The notes beneath the pieces are model-generated. The model was not told the DNA's origin. It saw only the letters and a program-made list of their open reading frames with translations, and did no database searches. A stretch of DNA of 64,000 nt from Candidatus Woesearchaeota archaeon (GTDB taxonomy: Archaea; Nanobdellota; Nanobdellia; Pacearchaeales; GW2011-AR1): positions 8,290 to 72,289 of the forward strand of contig CAZXHH010000002.1 of the NCBI GenBank assembly GCA_964639615.1, given 5' to 3'. Position numbers and translations under genes: made by a program. Numbering within the stretch: position 1 is the first letter of the stretch; each line of letters opens with the position of its first letter. Below, piece after piece: positions 51,077 through 59,940 of the stretch.

Positions 51077-52144
51077 ATGAAAAAAGGTTTGGTTATTGCA
51101 ACATTTATGCTATTATTAGCAAGTTTAGTTCTATTAGCTGCACAAGCAAATATAGATATGGGGGCTTCTAATGAAAACGCACCAGTTTTATATGCTCAAC
51201 TTAATGAAACAGGCGGAGATACTCCTTTAGTTGGAGAATCTTGTGGAACTGTTACACCTGGAACAGAAAATGAATGTTGTATAAATAAGGGATATTCTGG
51301 ATGGGATGCTGAAAAATTCGATTGTGTAAATCAAGAAGATGAAGAAGATTTAGAAGCAGCGTATGTCTGTAAAGATGCTGCTGCTGGAACAAAAACACAA
51401 TGTTGTGTTCAAGAAGGATATTCTGGATGGGACCAAAAAAAAGGAAAGTGTGTAGGTGAAAGAAGAGAAATTACTAGAGAAAAACCAGATTGTGAAGCTT
51501 GGACATGCACAGAATGGGGTGCATGTGAAAAATGGGAAAAAACAAGAAGATGTTCAAGAAATTTAAGCTGCACTGTTGGGGATTTAGAAAAACCAAAAGT
51601 AGTAAAAGATTGTGAAGTAAAAGAAAAGATAAATTTCTATAATAAATCAGCAGATTGCCCCGAAGCATGTAAATGTTCAGGTTCAACAGTTAAATGCTCA
51701 CTTGATGATGGAACAAGAGTAATGACGGTTTATGCAGGAAATTCTGGAAATATGATTGTTCAAGTTAAAGATATTAATATGTCAACAAATGTTGTTTTAT
51801 ACAAAGGTGGTGATGGAAAGGTTTATGCTGTATTAAAAGACAATGAAACTAAAGAAATAATTCTTCCTGATAAAGCTAAAGAAAGACTTCAAGAACATTT
51901 CAAAGCAAGACTATACAATGAATCAGTTAATTTAACAGAAGACGGTTACTATCAAATTCAAACTAAAAAGAAAGCAAGATTATTCTTGATTGTTCCTGTA
52001 AGAGAGCATTTAGAAGCACAAGTTAATGCTGAAACAGGCGAAGTTGTAAGAATAAGAAATCCTTGGTGGGGATTTTTAGCTAAGGATACAGTAGAAGAAG
52101 AAACAGAAACTGAAGAAAACACTTCAGAAGTTCAGACTGAGTAA
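51077..52144 (+). CDS. Secreted Cys-rich protein with a duplicated CC(I/V)xxGYSGWD motif
   Basis: Signal peptide. Two copies of ECCINKGYSGWDAEKFDCV and QCCVQEGYSGWDQKKGKCV. Further CxC pairs and an acidic C-terminus. Confidence 0.5.
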   Translation: MKKGLVIATFMLLLASLVLLAAQANIDMGASNENAPVLYAQLNETGGDTPLVGESCGTVTPGTENECCINKGYSGWDAEKFDCVNQEDEEDLEAAYVCKDAAAGTKTQCCVQEGYSGWDQKKGKCVGERREITREKPDCEAWTCTEWGACEKWEKTRRCSRNLSCTVGDLEKPKVVKDCEVKEKINFYNKSADCPEACKCSGSTVKCSLDDGTRVMTVYAGNSGNMIVQVKDINMSTNVVLYKGGDGKVYAVLKDNETKEIILPDKAKERLQEHFKARLYNESVNLTEDGYYQIQTKKKARLFLIVPVREHLEAQVNAETGEVVRIRNPWWGFLAKDTVEEETETEENTSEVQTE

Positions 52145-52200
52145 ATTAATTTATTCTACAACTCACAAATATTTATAATATCTAATATTTTGCCTAACTC

Positions 52201-53085
52201 ATGAAAATGAAGGTGTATTCGCATTCTAAATTAGGTACTTTTGAGCAATGCCCTTTAAAATTTAAATTCAAATATATAGATAAATTAAAACCAGTTATTG
52301 AAAAAACAATTGAAGCACATTTAGGAAGTGCTGTTCATGATACTCTTGAATGGGTTTACAATACTGTAAAAGAGAAATCGAAAGAAGCAAATTATATTCC
52401 TCCTTCACTTGATGAGATAATGATGCACTTTGTAAAAGCCTGGCAAAAAGATTTGTCAGAACAGGTCCTAATAGTAAAAAAACAATATACCCAAAAGGAT
52501 TACTTAAACAAAGGAATTCAGTTCTTAGCAGATTACTATCAACAACACTATCCATTCAAAGATGGAACAATTGAATGTGAAAAAGAAATAGCAATTACTC
52601 TTGACGAAAATACTAAAATAATCGGCTTTATTGACCGTCTTGTACATAATGTTGAAAAAAATAGATATGAAATTCACGACTACAAGACAGCAGGAACTCT
52701 TCCTTCACAAGAAAAAATGAATGAGGACAAACAACTTGCATTATATTCTATTGCAATAAAAGAATTATTTGGGGAAGATAAAGAAGTTCTTTTAGTCTGG
52801 CATTATCTAGCTTATAATCAAAAAATAATTTCAAGAAGAACAGATGAGCAGCTTGAAAAATTAAAGGAAGAAACAAAGAAGTTAATTAAGGAAATAGAAG
52901 AAACTAAAGAATTTATTTCTAGAAAATCTATTCTTTGTGAATGGTGCGAATTTAAACCAGTCTGTCCAGAATTTAATATTAAAATAGATACAACATTAAC
53001 AGATAAGATTCTTGCAAAACAGATAAGTAAAGTCAATCCGTTTCCAGATTTCGAAGCTGCAAATAAGCAGTTGGATATTTATTAA
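52201..53085 (+). CDS. Cas4-like PD-(D/E)xK (RecB-family) nuclease with Fe-S Cys cluster, standalone
   Basis: N-terminal YSHSKLGTFEQCPLKFKFKYI. Motifs IGFIDRL, EIHDYKT (E-x-K) and QLALY (QxxxY). C-terminal CEWCEFKPVCPE. Confidence 0.65.
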   Translation: MKMKVYSHSKLGTFEQCPLKFKFKYIDKLKPVIEKTIEAHLGSAVHDTLEWVYNTVKEKSKEANYIPPSLDEIMMHFVKAWQKDLSEQVLIVKKQYTQKDYLNKGIQFLADYYQQHYPFKDGTIECEKEIAITLDENTKIIGFIDRLVHNVEKNRYEIHDYKTAGTLPSQEKMNEDKQLALYSIAIKELFGEDKEVLLVWHYLAYNQKIISRRTDEQLEKLKEETKKLIKEIEETKEFISRKSILCEWCEFKPVCPEFNIKIDTTLTDKILAKQISKVNPFPDFEAANKQLDIY

Positions 53086-53291
53086 CCTACAAATATCGTC
53101 TTAAGCTCCAAGGCAGATTCAACATCTCTCTTTCTTTGTGCTAATAAAAACTCTCCTAATCCCCCATTCATTTGCTCAGCCATATAAAGATTTTCTTCAT
53201 CTGTAAATTTACGCACAGGACCAGATTCAGCAGCAATTCTGTTTAATTCTACCCTATAAGCTTCATCACGCGTTAATTTTTTATATTGCAT
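53082..53291 (-). CDS. Hypothetical protein (69 aa)
   Basis: ORF only. Confidence 0.35.
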   Translation of the reverse strand: MQYKKLTRDEAYRVELNRIAAESGPVRKFTDEENLYMAEQMNGGLGEFLLAQRKRDVESALELKTIFVG

Positions 53292-53300
53292 AATATATAA

Positions 53301-54419
53301 TTACTTTAACAATTTAAAAAGATTTTTATTCACAACCTCTTCTTCTTTATGCTTCTTTAAATTAATTAAATTAATCTGATTTGTTGAGCCTAATCTCATT
53401 GGAGGACCCCAAGTTCCTGTTCCTGGAGAAGTTATAACAGCTGAATTTTTTGATTTGTAATACCCTGAAGGATAAGGATAAAATAATCCTACAAACAAAT
53501 TCATTGGAAAAATCTGTCCATTATGAGTATGTCCTGCAAGATGTAAATCAATTCCGTGTTTCTCAAGTTTCTTAAGCCTAAATATTGGAGCATGATAAAG
53601 AAGTATATTCTTGTATTTCTTGCTCAATCCCATTTTATTAAGTTTAATTAAAATTTTTCTTCTTGAATCATTATAATCAATACCTATAATATTAAGCTCT
53701 CCTAATTTACTCTGTTGACCTCTTAAAATTTTCATCTTTGTTTTATTAAGTATAGGGAGAACTCTATCTAATCCTTCATAAATTTCATGATTTCCAACAC
53801 AGAAATATACAGGTGCTTTTATCTTATTTATAGGAGAAAATAAATCTGTACTTATTTTTGTACTACCATCAACTATATCTCCTGTAATTACAACTGCATC
53901 TGGATTTAATGAATTTGTCTCCTTAACAACTCTTTCAAGGAATTCTTTTTGATGTATTGCGCCAATATGCAAATCACTCAAATGAACCAGACTCATTTCT
54001 TTTTTCAATCCCCTAATTGGAACATCTATTGGCTTGATATTTAGTCTTTTTCCATTAATTATAGATACTACAGACATAATTACAATAACTGAAAGTACAA
54101 CTGCTGAACCTATCTGATCATTAAATTTGAAAAATAATTTAATTGCTCTATAAATTACAAATGTTATTAATGAGAAAAATGCAATACCTATCCAAATTGA
54201 AGCTATTCTATAAAACAATTTAGTGGTCATCATTGGCCACAATCTTTCAAATACAACTGTAATAGGATAAGAAAATGAAAGTAAAAAAAGAATAGTATAA
54301 AATAACGGTCCTTGATTCCATCTAAAAGATTCAAAAATATTAGACAAAGAAAAATAATTTAATGCTAAAAATAATAAAACAAAAAATGAGATAAATAAAA
54401 CAAATCTCCCCTTTTTCAT
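53301..54419 (-). CDS. Membrane-anchored calcineurin-like metallophosphoesterase
   Basis: About four N-terminal TM helices, then the motifs HLSDLHIG, GDIVD, GNHE and GHTHNG. Confidence 0.75.
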   Translation of the reverse strand: MKKGRFVLFISFFVLLFLALNYFSLSNIFESFRWNQGPLFYTILFLLSFSYPITVVFERLWPMMTTKLFYRIASIWIGIAFFSLITFVIYRAIKLFFKFNDQIGSAVVLSVIVIMSVVSIINGKRLNIKPIDVPIRGLKKEMSLVHLSDLHIGAIHQKEFLERVVKETNSLNPDAVVITGDIVDGSTKISTDLFSPINKIKAPVYFCVGNHEIYEGLDRVLPILNKTKMKILRGQQSKLGELNIIGIDYNDSRRKILIKLNKMGLSKKYKNILLYHAPIFRLKKLEKHGIDLHLAGHTHNGQIFPMNLFVGLFYPYPSGYYKSKNSAVITSPGTGTWGPPMRLGSTNQINLINLKKHKEEEVVNKNLFKLLK

Positions 54420-54478
54420 ATTATAATAAGCAAAAATATTCTTTTAAAGCTTTTGATAAACACTCTATTTTAAAATTT

Positions 54479-55738
54479 TTATCTTCTTCCTCTTCCAAAA
54501 TTATTTCCTCTTCTTGGGTTTCTATTCCCTCTGCTTCTATCCCTATTTTCATCTCTATCTCTGTTTTGTTCTCTTCCACTAAATCTATTTCTTTTTCCAG
54601 AATCTAAGATTACTCTAACCATTTGAATTTCAGGTAATTCTTCAGAAGTTATCTCAACATCTTTAGAACTTAATAAATTTCTAAAATTATCATAATCTCT
54701 ACTTGCAAGAATTGTTATAGCTTTTCCATCTTCCCCTGCTCTTGCTGTTCTTCCTACTCTATGAACATAATCACTAGAATCTGAAGGAATATCATAATTA
54801 TACACATGGCTAACTCCTTTGATATCAAGTCCTCTTGAAGCAACATCTGTGCAAATTAAAACGCCTAATCCTTTTTTATGAAATTCATCAAGAACCTTTA
54901 TTCTTTTATTTTGCTCCATACCCCCATGAATAGCTTTTGCATTAATTCCTAATGAAATTAAATTTCTAGCTACAAAATCAACATTCCTTCTTGTGTTGCA
55001 AAAAATCATTACTAGATTAGCATCTTCTTTCTTTAACAATCCAACAAGCAATGAGAATTTTTGATAATCTGGAACATCATAATAAATTTGTTTTAATTTA
55101 GAAGAATCAACTTGGGATTGAACAGATACTCTTACAGCATCATGAGTATATTTATTTGAAAGATAATCTATTTCAGGAGATAATGTTGCAGAGAACATTA
55201 AAGTTTGCCTTATTTTTGGGCATTCATTAATTATATTTTCAACATCTCTTCTAAATCCCATATCAAACATTCTGTCAACTTCATCTAATACAAGAAATTT
55301 TATTTTGTCTAATCTTAAAGTTCTTCTTTTTAGATGGTCCAATATTCTTCCTGGAGTACCGACAAGAATATCTGTATAATAAAGATCTCTTATCTGAGAA
55401 TTAATATTTACCCCTCCATAAATTGGAGTAACATTCAATCTTTTATTCTTTCCAAAATCTCTTATTGATTTTGAAACTTGTTCTGCAAGCTCTCTTGTTG
55501 GAGTTAATACAATAGCTTGAATTTCTCCTCTTTCAGGTTTTATATTTTCTAAAATTGTTGAAGCAAAAACTAGAGTTTTACCGCTTCCAGTCATAGCTCC
55601 TCCAATAACATCTCTTCCAGCTAGTGCTAAAGGTATTGCTTTCTCCTGAATTTCAGATGGTTCTTTAAAACCAAATTGTTTCAAAACATCTGTCAATTCT
55701 TGGCTTAATCCTAATTTTGTGAATTGTTCCATTTTCAA
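54479..55738 (-). CDS. DEAD-box ATP-dependent RNA helicase with RG-rich C-terminal tail
   Basis: Q-motif, AMTGSGKT, PTRELA, DEVD, SAT and HRVGRTAR motifs. Tail RGNRNPRRGNNFGRGRR. Confidence 0.9.
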   Translation of the reverse strand: MKMEQFTKLGLSQELTDVLKQFGFKEPSEIQEKAIPLALAGRDVIGGAMTGSGKTLVFASTILENIKPERGEIQAIVLTPTRELAEQVSKSIRDFGKNKRLNVTPIYGGVNINSQIRDLYYTDILVGTPGRILDHLKRRTLRLDKIKFLVLDEVDRMFDMGFRRDVENIINECPKIRQTLMFSATLSPEIDYLSNKYTHDAVRVSVQSQVDSSKLKQIYYDVPDYQKFSLLVGLLKKEDANLVMIFCNTRRNVDFVARNLISLGINAKAIHGGMEQNKRIKVLDEFHKKGLGVLICTDVASRGLDIKGVSHVYNYDIPSDSSDYVHRVGRTARAGEDGKAITILASRDYDNFRNLLSSKDVEITSEELPEIQMVRVILDSGKRNRFSGREQNRDRDENRDRSRGNRNPRRGNNFGRGRR

Positions 55739-55872
55739 TACTACATTATAACTAACAAAAACTTCAAGAAATATCCTTGAGCGTAAGTCATTATAAACAT
55801 TTTACTGCTCAAGACTCACTGACCTGTTCGTTACATACTTAACGAGTTTTAAGGGTTTATAAGGTTGAGTGT

Positions 55873-57390
55873 TTAGCCCCTATGACCCAAAACTCTTCTC
55901 TGGTCCTTTTTATCCTTGTAAGAACGAGGAACATAAATTGGTTTCTTATTTTTAGGATTTAATCCAGTATAATACATGCAAGTTGAATCAGTCATAGGAG
56001 TCGGAGTAAATATCTGAACAGATTTTGTATTTTTCAAACCTTTCATTTTATCTGCAAGTTCTCTTGCTTCTTTCATTGTAGTTCCAGGATGTCCAACCAT
56101 AAAATAAAAAGACAACTCTCCACAACCCAATTTTCTAAATCTCTCCATAAATTCCTCTAAACTTCCTTTATTTTTATTCATTAATTCCAAAACATCTGAA
56201 TTAACATGCTCTGGAGCAATTTTTAATGTTCCAGAAATATGAGGTTTTAATTCTTTCAGATATTCGTCTGTCGCTAAATCATATCTAACACCACTTCTTA
56301 CAAAAAGTTTCTTGACTTCTTTTATTTTTCTTATCTCTTTCAATAAATGAATTAATTTTGAATGAGTTCTATCAAGATTCTTACAATTTAAGCAATTATT
56401 TCCTGCACATTTCTTGCAATCCATTCCATACATATTAGCTGAAGGTCCACCCAAATCATCTATATTTCCCTTAAAGTTAGGCAATTTGGTTAGATATTTA
56501 ATCTCACGTAAAATAGATTCCTCTGACCTTGAAACAATTTTACTAGGAAACATTAATCTTAAAGAACAAAAACTACAATTCCCTATACATCCTCTATGTG
56601 TAACAACACTAAATTCGAAACCTTTCAGATTACTATCAGAAACTTTTCTTGTAAAAGGCAATTCATAATATTCATCTAAATCTTTGGAAAAATATTCTGG
56701 AAATTTATATTGCAAAATATAGAAAGAACTATCTTTTTGAGCAAGATTTTTATCACTTGCTAACAAATTCTGCATATCACAAAATTTTTCTTTTGATTTT
56801 AAAACTTCTTCATGGCTTGGCAACAATACAAAATCTAAACCTTTTGGAAGCTCTCTATCTTTTACACAAGTTCCATCTATTCCAATAAGGTTTTCTTTTT
56901 TAGCAAGTCTTTTAGAAATCTCTAATATTTGCTTCTCTCCATATCCATAAACTAAAATATCTGCTCTAGAATCAAGTAAAATTGACCTTCTTAATGAATC
57001 TGACCAGTAATCATAATGGGTAAATCTCCTTAAAGAACTTTCAACTCCGCCAATAACAATTGGAACATCCTTGAAATGCTTTTTTATCCAATTACTATAA
57101 ACAATAATAGCTCTATCTGGAACTTCTTTTGTATATTTTACATTCTTATCTTCTGCTCTGCTTTTTTTAAGTGCATTATAATTTCTAAGCATAGAATCAA
57201 TACTCCCTGAACTTACTCCAAAGAACAATCTTGGTTTTCCTAACTTCTTTATCTCTTCTTCGTTTTTAGGAATATCAATTACACCTACACTAAAATTATT
57301 CTTCTCCAGATATCTTTTCAGCAAAGCAACTCCACAAAGCGGATGATCAGAGTATCTCTCCCCCGAAATAAAGATTATATCATATTCCAT
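55873..57390 (-). CDS. YgiQ-family (UPF0313) radical SAM protein
   Basis: N-terminus MEYDIIFISGERYSDHP is typical of YgiQ, and a CxxxCxxC-like cluster is present. The tracked ORF extends to 57453, but that upstream part overlaps tRNA-Asp, so the start is set at the internal Met at 57390. Confidence 0.75.
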   Translation of the reverse strand: MEYDIIFISGERYSDHPLCGVALLKRYLEKNNFSVGVIDIPKNEEEIKKLGKPRLFFGVSSGSIDSMLRNYNALKKSRAEDKNVKYTKEVPDRAIIVYSNWIKKHFKDVPIVIGGVESSLRRFTHYDYWSDSLRRSILLDSRADILVYGYGEKQILEISKRLAKKENLIGIDGTCVKDRELPKGLDFVLLPSHEEVLKSKEKFCDMQNLLASDKNLAQKDSSFYILQYKFPEYFSKDLDEYYELPFTRKVSDSNLKGFEFSVVTHRGCIGNCSFCSLRLMFPSKIVSRSEESILREIKYLTKLPNFKGNIDDLGGPSANMYGMDCKKCAGNNCLNCKNLDRTHSKLIHLLKEIRKIKEVKKLFVRSGVRYDLATDEYLKELKPHISGTLKIAPEHVNSDVLELMNKNKGSLEEFMERFRKLGCGELSFYFMVGHPGTTMKEARELADKMKGLKNTKSVQIFTPTPMTDSTCMYYTGLNPKNKKPIYVPRSYKDKKDQRRVLGHRG

Positions 57391-57421
57391 AATAATTAGT
57401 AAGAATTTGAATTTATAAATA

Positions 57422-57493
57422 CGCCCAGACCGAGAATCGAACTCGGGACTCAACCGTGACAGGGTTGTGTTTTAGCCACTAAACTACCTAGGC
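57422..57493 (-). tRNA. tRNA-Asp (anticodon GTC)
   Basis: Reverse complement folds as acceptor GCCTAGG/TCTGGGC with two G-T wobbles, D-arm GTTT/AAAC, anticodon stem CAACC/GGTTG, loop CTGTCAC, T-arm CCGAG-TTCGATT-CTCGG. Confidence 0.8.
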
Positions 57494-57612
57494 TCCATCT
57501 TTAAACATAAATACGTATCAATTTCAATTTTTAAAGCTTACTCTGTTCTATTGTATACTCAAAAAATACTATTTAACAACAGATTTATAATATAAAAAAA
57601 TAATAAATACCT

Positions 57613-58518
57613 ATGAACATGAAATCATTTTTTGCAATACTATTCTTTATATTAGTATTATTTTTGCTAATTTTTTACTGGTTTGTCCCTTATAATTCAA
57701 TAAATTTAGGTTCTTCATCAAATTCAAACTTTACAATGAATAGCTCAATAAATGAAAGCTTACAATTCTATCCAAATATGAGATTTGCTGAAAAAGATAT
57801 CTCTTATCAAATAGAGAATTGCCCCTTACAAAGAAAAAATGATATGGAACAAGCATTTGCATTAATAGAAAACAATACAGAGCTAGATTTCTCTCCTACA
57901 ATTAGCAAACCAGAAATAATTGTAACTTGTGATGAAAAAACCAAAATTGAAGGAAACCTCTTTATAGCAGGTGAAGGTGGACCAACAAACATTACAGTTG
58001 CAGGAACATTTAATGTTATTGAAAGTGGAAAAATACTTCTTCTTGACAATTCAAAATGTGAAAGACCAAATGTTGCAATACACGAATTACTTCATGTACT
58101 TGGATTTACGCACTCAAAAAACCCAAATAATATTATGTATGAAATAAGTGAATGTCAACAGACAATAGGAGAGGATATAGTAATTTTCCTTAATGAAATA
58201 TATTCCATTCCAAGTGAACCAGATTTAGTATTTGAAAATGCTTCTGCTTTCTTGCATGGAAAATACTTGGATGTAAACTTCACCCTAAGAAATGATGGAT
58301 TGAGAGATTCTGGAAAATCTATTGTTAAATTATACGTCGATAATAAAGTAATTAAAGAAATTTCAATACCTGAAGTTCAAATTGGATATGGAAGGAAGAT
58401 AAGCTTAGCAAATTTATGGGTTCCTCAAGTCAATATTGAAGAAATAAAATTTGTAATAGAAAATGATTTCTCTGAACTGGATAAAGCAAACAATGAAGTT
58501 TCTCTTAAAGTAAAATAA
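57613..58518 (+). CDS. Secreted zinc metalloprotease (metzincin-type HExxHxxGxxH)
   Basis: N-terminal TM/signal anchor. Motif HELLHVLGFTHS. Confidence 0.6.
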   Translation: MNMKSFFAILFFILVLFLLIFYWFVPYNSINLGSSSNSNFTMNSSINESLQFYPNMRFAEKDISYQIENCPLQRKNDMEQAFALIENNTELDFSPTISKPEIIVTCDEKTKIEGNLFIAGEGGPTNITVAGTFNVIESGKILLLDNSKCERPNVAIHELLHVLGFTHSKNPNNIMYEISECQQTIGEDIVIFLNEIYSIPSEPDLVFENASAFLHGKYLDVNFTLRNDGLRDSGKSIVKLYVDNKVIKEISIPEVQIGYGRKISLANLWVPQVNIEEIKFVIENDFSELDKANNEVSLKVK

Positions 58519-58753
58519 AAAAATAAAAGAAATAAAAAAGATTATTCATCAAGACCCATTTCATCAATAAATTGGTCTAGATCCTCATCTTCTTCGATAA
58601 GGTCTACTTTTTCTTTAATATCTTGCCTCATTTTTATGAATTTTTATATCATTTTTAGTTTTTAAATTCTTCTATTTTATATAGGATATATTAAAAAATC
58701 TGTTTCAAATTGATAATTTTACCGACGATGATTTTTATTATTTCTATTATATT

Positions 58754-59659
58754 TTATTCAAACAACTTACTAACCTCTTCCAAAAATTTATCTTCCATTT
58801 TTTTGCAATATCCATGGATACATCCTTCTGCAATGAAGAAATCTTTTGGCTCTTTTGCAAGATTAAATGTATATTCTGCATCTTTTAATTCCACAATTGT
58901 ATCATTATCTCCCTGAAACATAAAAATAGGTCTTGGAGAAATTTTTGTAATATAATTATCTGGGTCAATTGATAAAAGATAGGCAGTATACGGCTGTTTT
59001 TCATCTTTAAAATGATAACCAGAAGAACTTATTGCAATTGCTCCGTTTAATTTATCCTCCAAAGCTGTTGCAATTATAGAGTATCTTCCTCCCATGCTCT
59101 CTCCAATTAAAGCAATAGAGTTTTTATCCACTTCTTTAATATCCTTTAAAACATCAAAAGCAACTAAAGCATCATAAACAGATAAATGTAGAATTGATTC
59201 TTTCCCTGATGAAAAGATTTCATAATCCTGCTGCATTGATGGAAAAGCTCCCCCTGTTTGCCCAATCCCCCTCTGATCAAGGATTAAAACAGCATATCCT
59301 AAGTTTGCAAGTTGCATGGCTCGAATAGAAAATCCTTCTTTAGCAACTCCTCCTCCAGGAAGCATAATTAATCCTGGAACTTTTTCACTGATATTTTTTG
59401 GAATAAATAATAATCCATAAATTGTTGCAGATTTATCATTCATAAAACCTAAACTCTTGTAATTTAAAGAATAAACTTCAACTGAATTGTTTGTGTAATT
59501 AAGATTCATTTCATAATCAGGTGCAGGTCTGTGTAAATAATATTTTGGATAACCATCAACAAGTTTTCCTTTATTAGCTGATTGAATTAAATAAAAAGCA
59601 GATAATAAAATAACTAAAATTATAACTCCAAAAAATATTTTCTCTTTTACTCTTTTCAT
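58754..59659 (-). CDS. Alpha/beta-hydrolase (dienelactone hydrolase / S9-like) with N-terminal membrane anchor
   Basis: GxSxG nucleophile elbow IALIGESMGGRYS. N-terminal helix. Confidence 0.7.
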   Translation of the reverse strand: MKRVKEKIFFGVIILVILLSAFYLIQSANKGKLVDGYPKYYLHRPAPDYEMNLNYTNNSVEVYSLNYKSLGFMNDKSATIYGLLFIPKNISEKVPGLIMLPGGGVAKEGFSIRAMQLANLGYAVLILDQRGIGQTGGAFPSMQQDYEIFSSGKESILHLSVYDALVAFDVLKDIKEVDKNSIALIGESMGGRYSIIATALEDKLNGAIAISSSGYHFKDEKQPYTAYLLSIDPDNYITKISPRPIFMFQGDNDTIVELKDAEYTFNLAKEPKDFFIAEGCIHGYCKKMEDKFLEEVSKLFE

Positions 59660-59723
59660 TTTTGAAAAAAATCCCTCTATGCAAATGTTTACATGAGCAT
59701 TGTTGAGATGTTCTGAAAGAACA

Positions 59724-59882
59724 TCCCTCCACCAAGAATCGAACTTGGGATCTCTCGGGTTCTGCTTTAATCAGATTCCTTAAGGAATGGCTTATCACGT
59801 TTCATCCTGTCCATATAGAATGGAATGTCCACGCTAGATAATTTTCTACAGCCAAGCGCTCTAGCCACTGAGCTATGGAGGG
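59724..59882 (-). tRNA. tRNA-Tyr (anticodon GTA) containing an ~86 nt intron at the canonical 37/38 position
   Basis: Exon 1 is CCCTCCATAGCTCAGTGGCTAGAGCGCTTGGCTGTAG. Exon 2 is ACCCGAGAGATCCCAAGTTCGATTCTTGGTGGAGGGA. The anticodon stem CTTGG/CCGAG forms only after the intron is removed. T-loop TTCGATT. Confidence 0.7.
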
Positions 59883-59940
59883 TTTATTCTTTAAATTTAA
59901 GATAAATTTTGTTTTTAAAAGTTATTGTTATAAAAGATAT

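Noticed and set aside
55739-55872. 134 nt intergenic region between the YgiQ and DEAD-box genes with a short hairpin (CGTTA-catact-TAACG), considered as an ncRNA.
   Set aside because: The stem is only 5-8 bp and there is no recognisable conserved RNA structure. It is more likely promoter or terminator sequence, since a TTTATAA element sits upstream of the helicase.
58542-58631. 29 aa highly acidic mini-ORF (MRQDIKEKVDLIEEDEDLDQFIDEMGLDE) on the minus strand.
   Set aside because: It is too short and lies in an AT-rich intergenic gap with no supporting signal. It could be a chance ORF.
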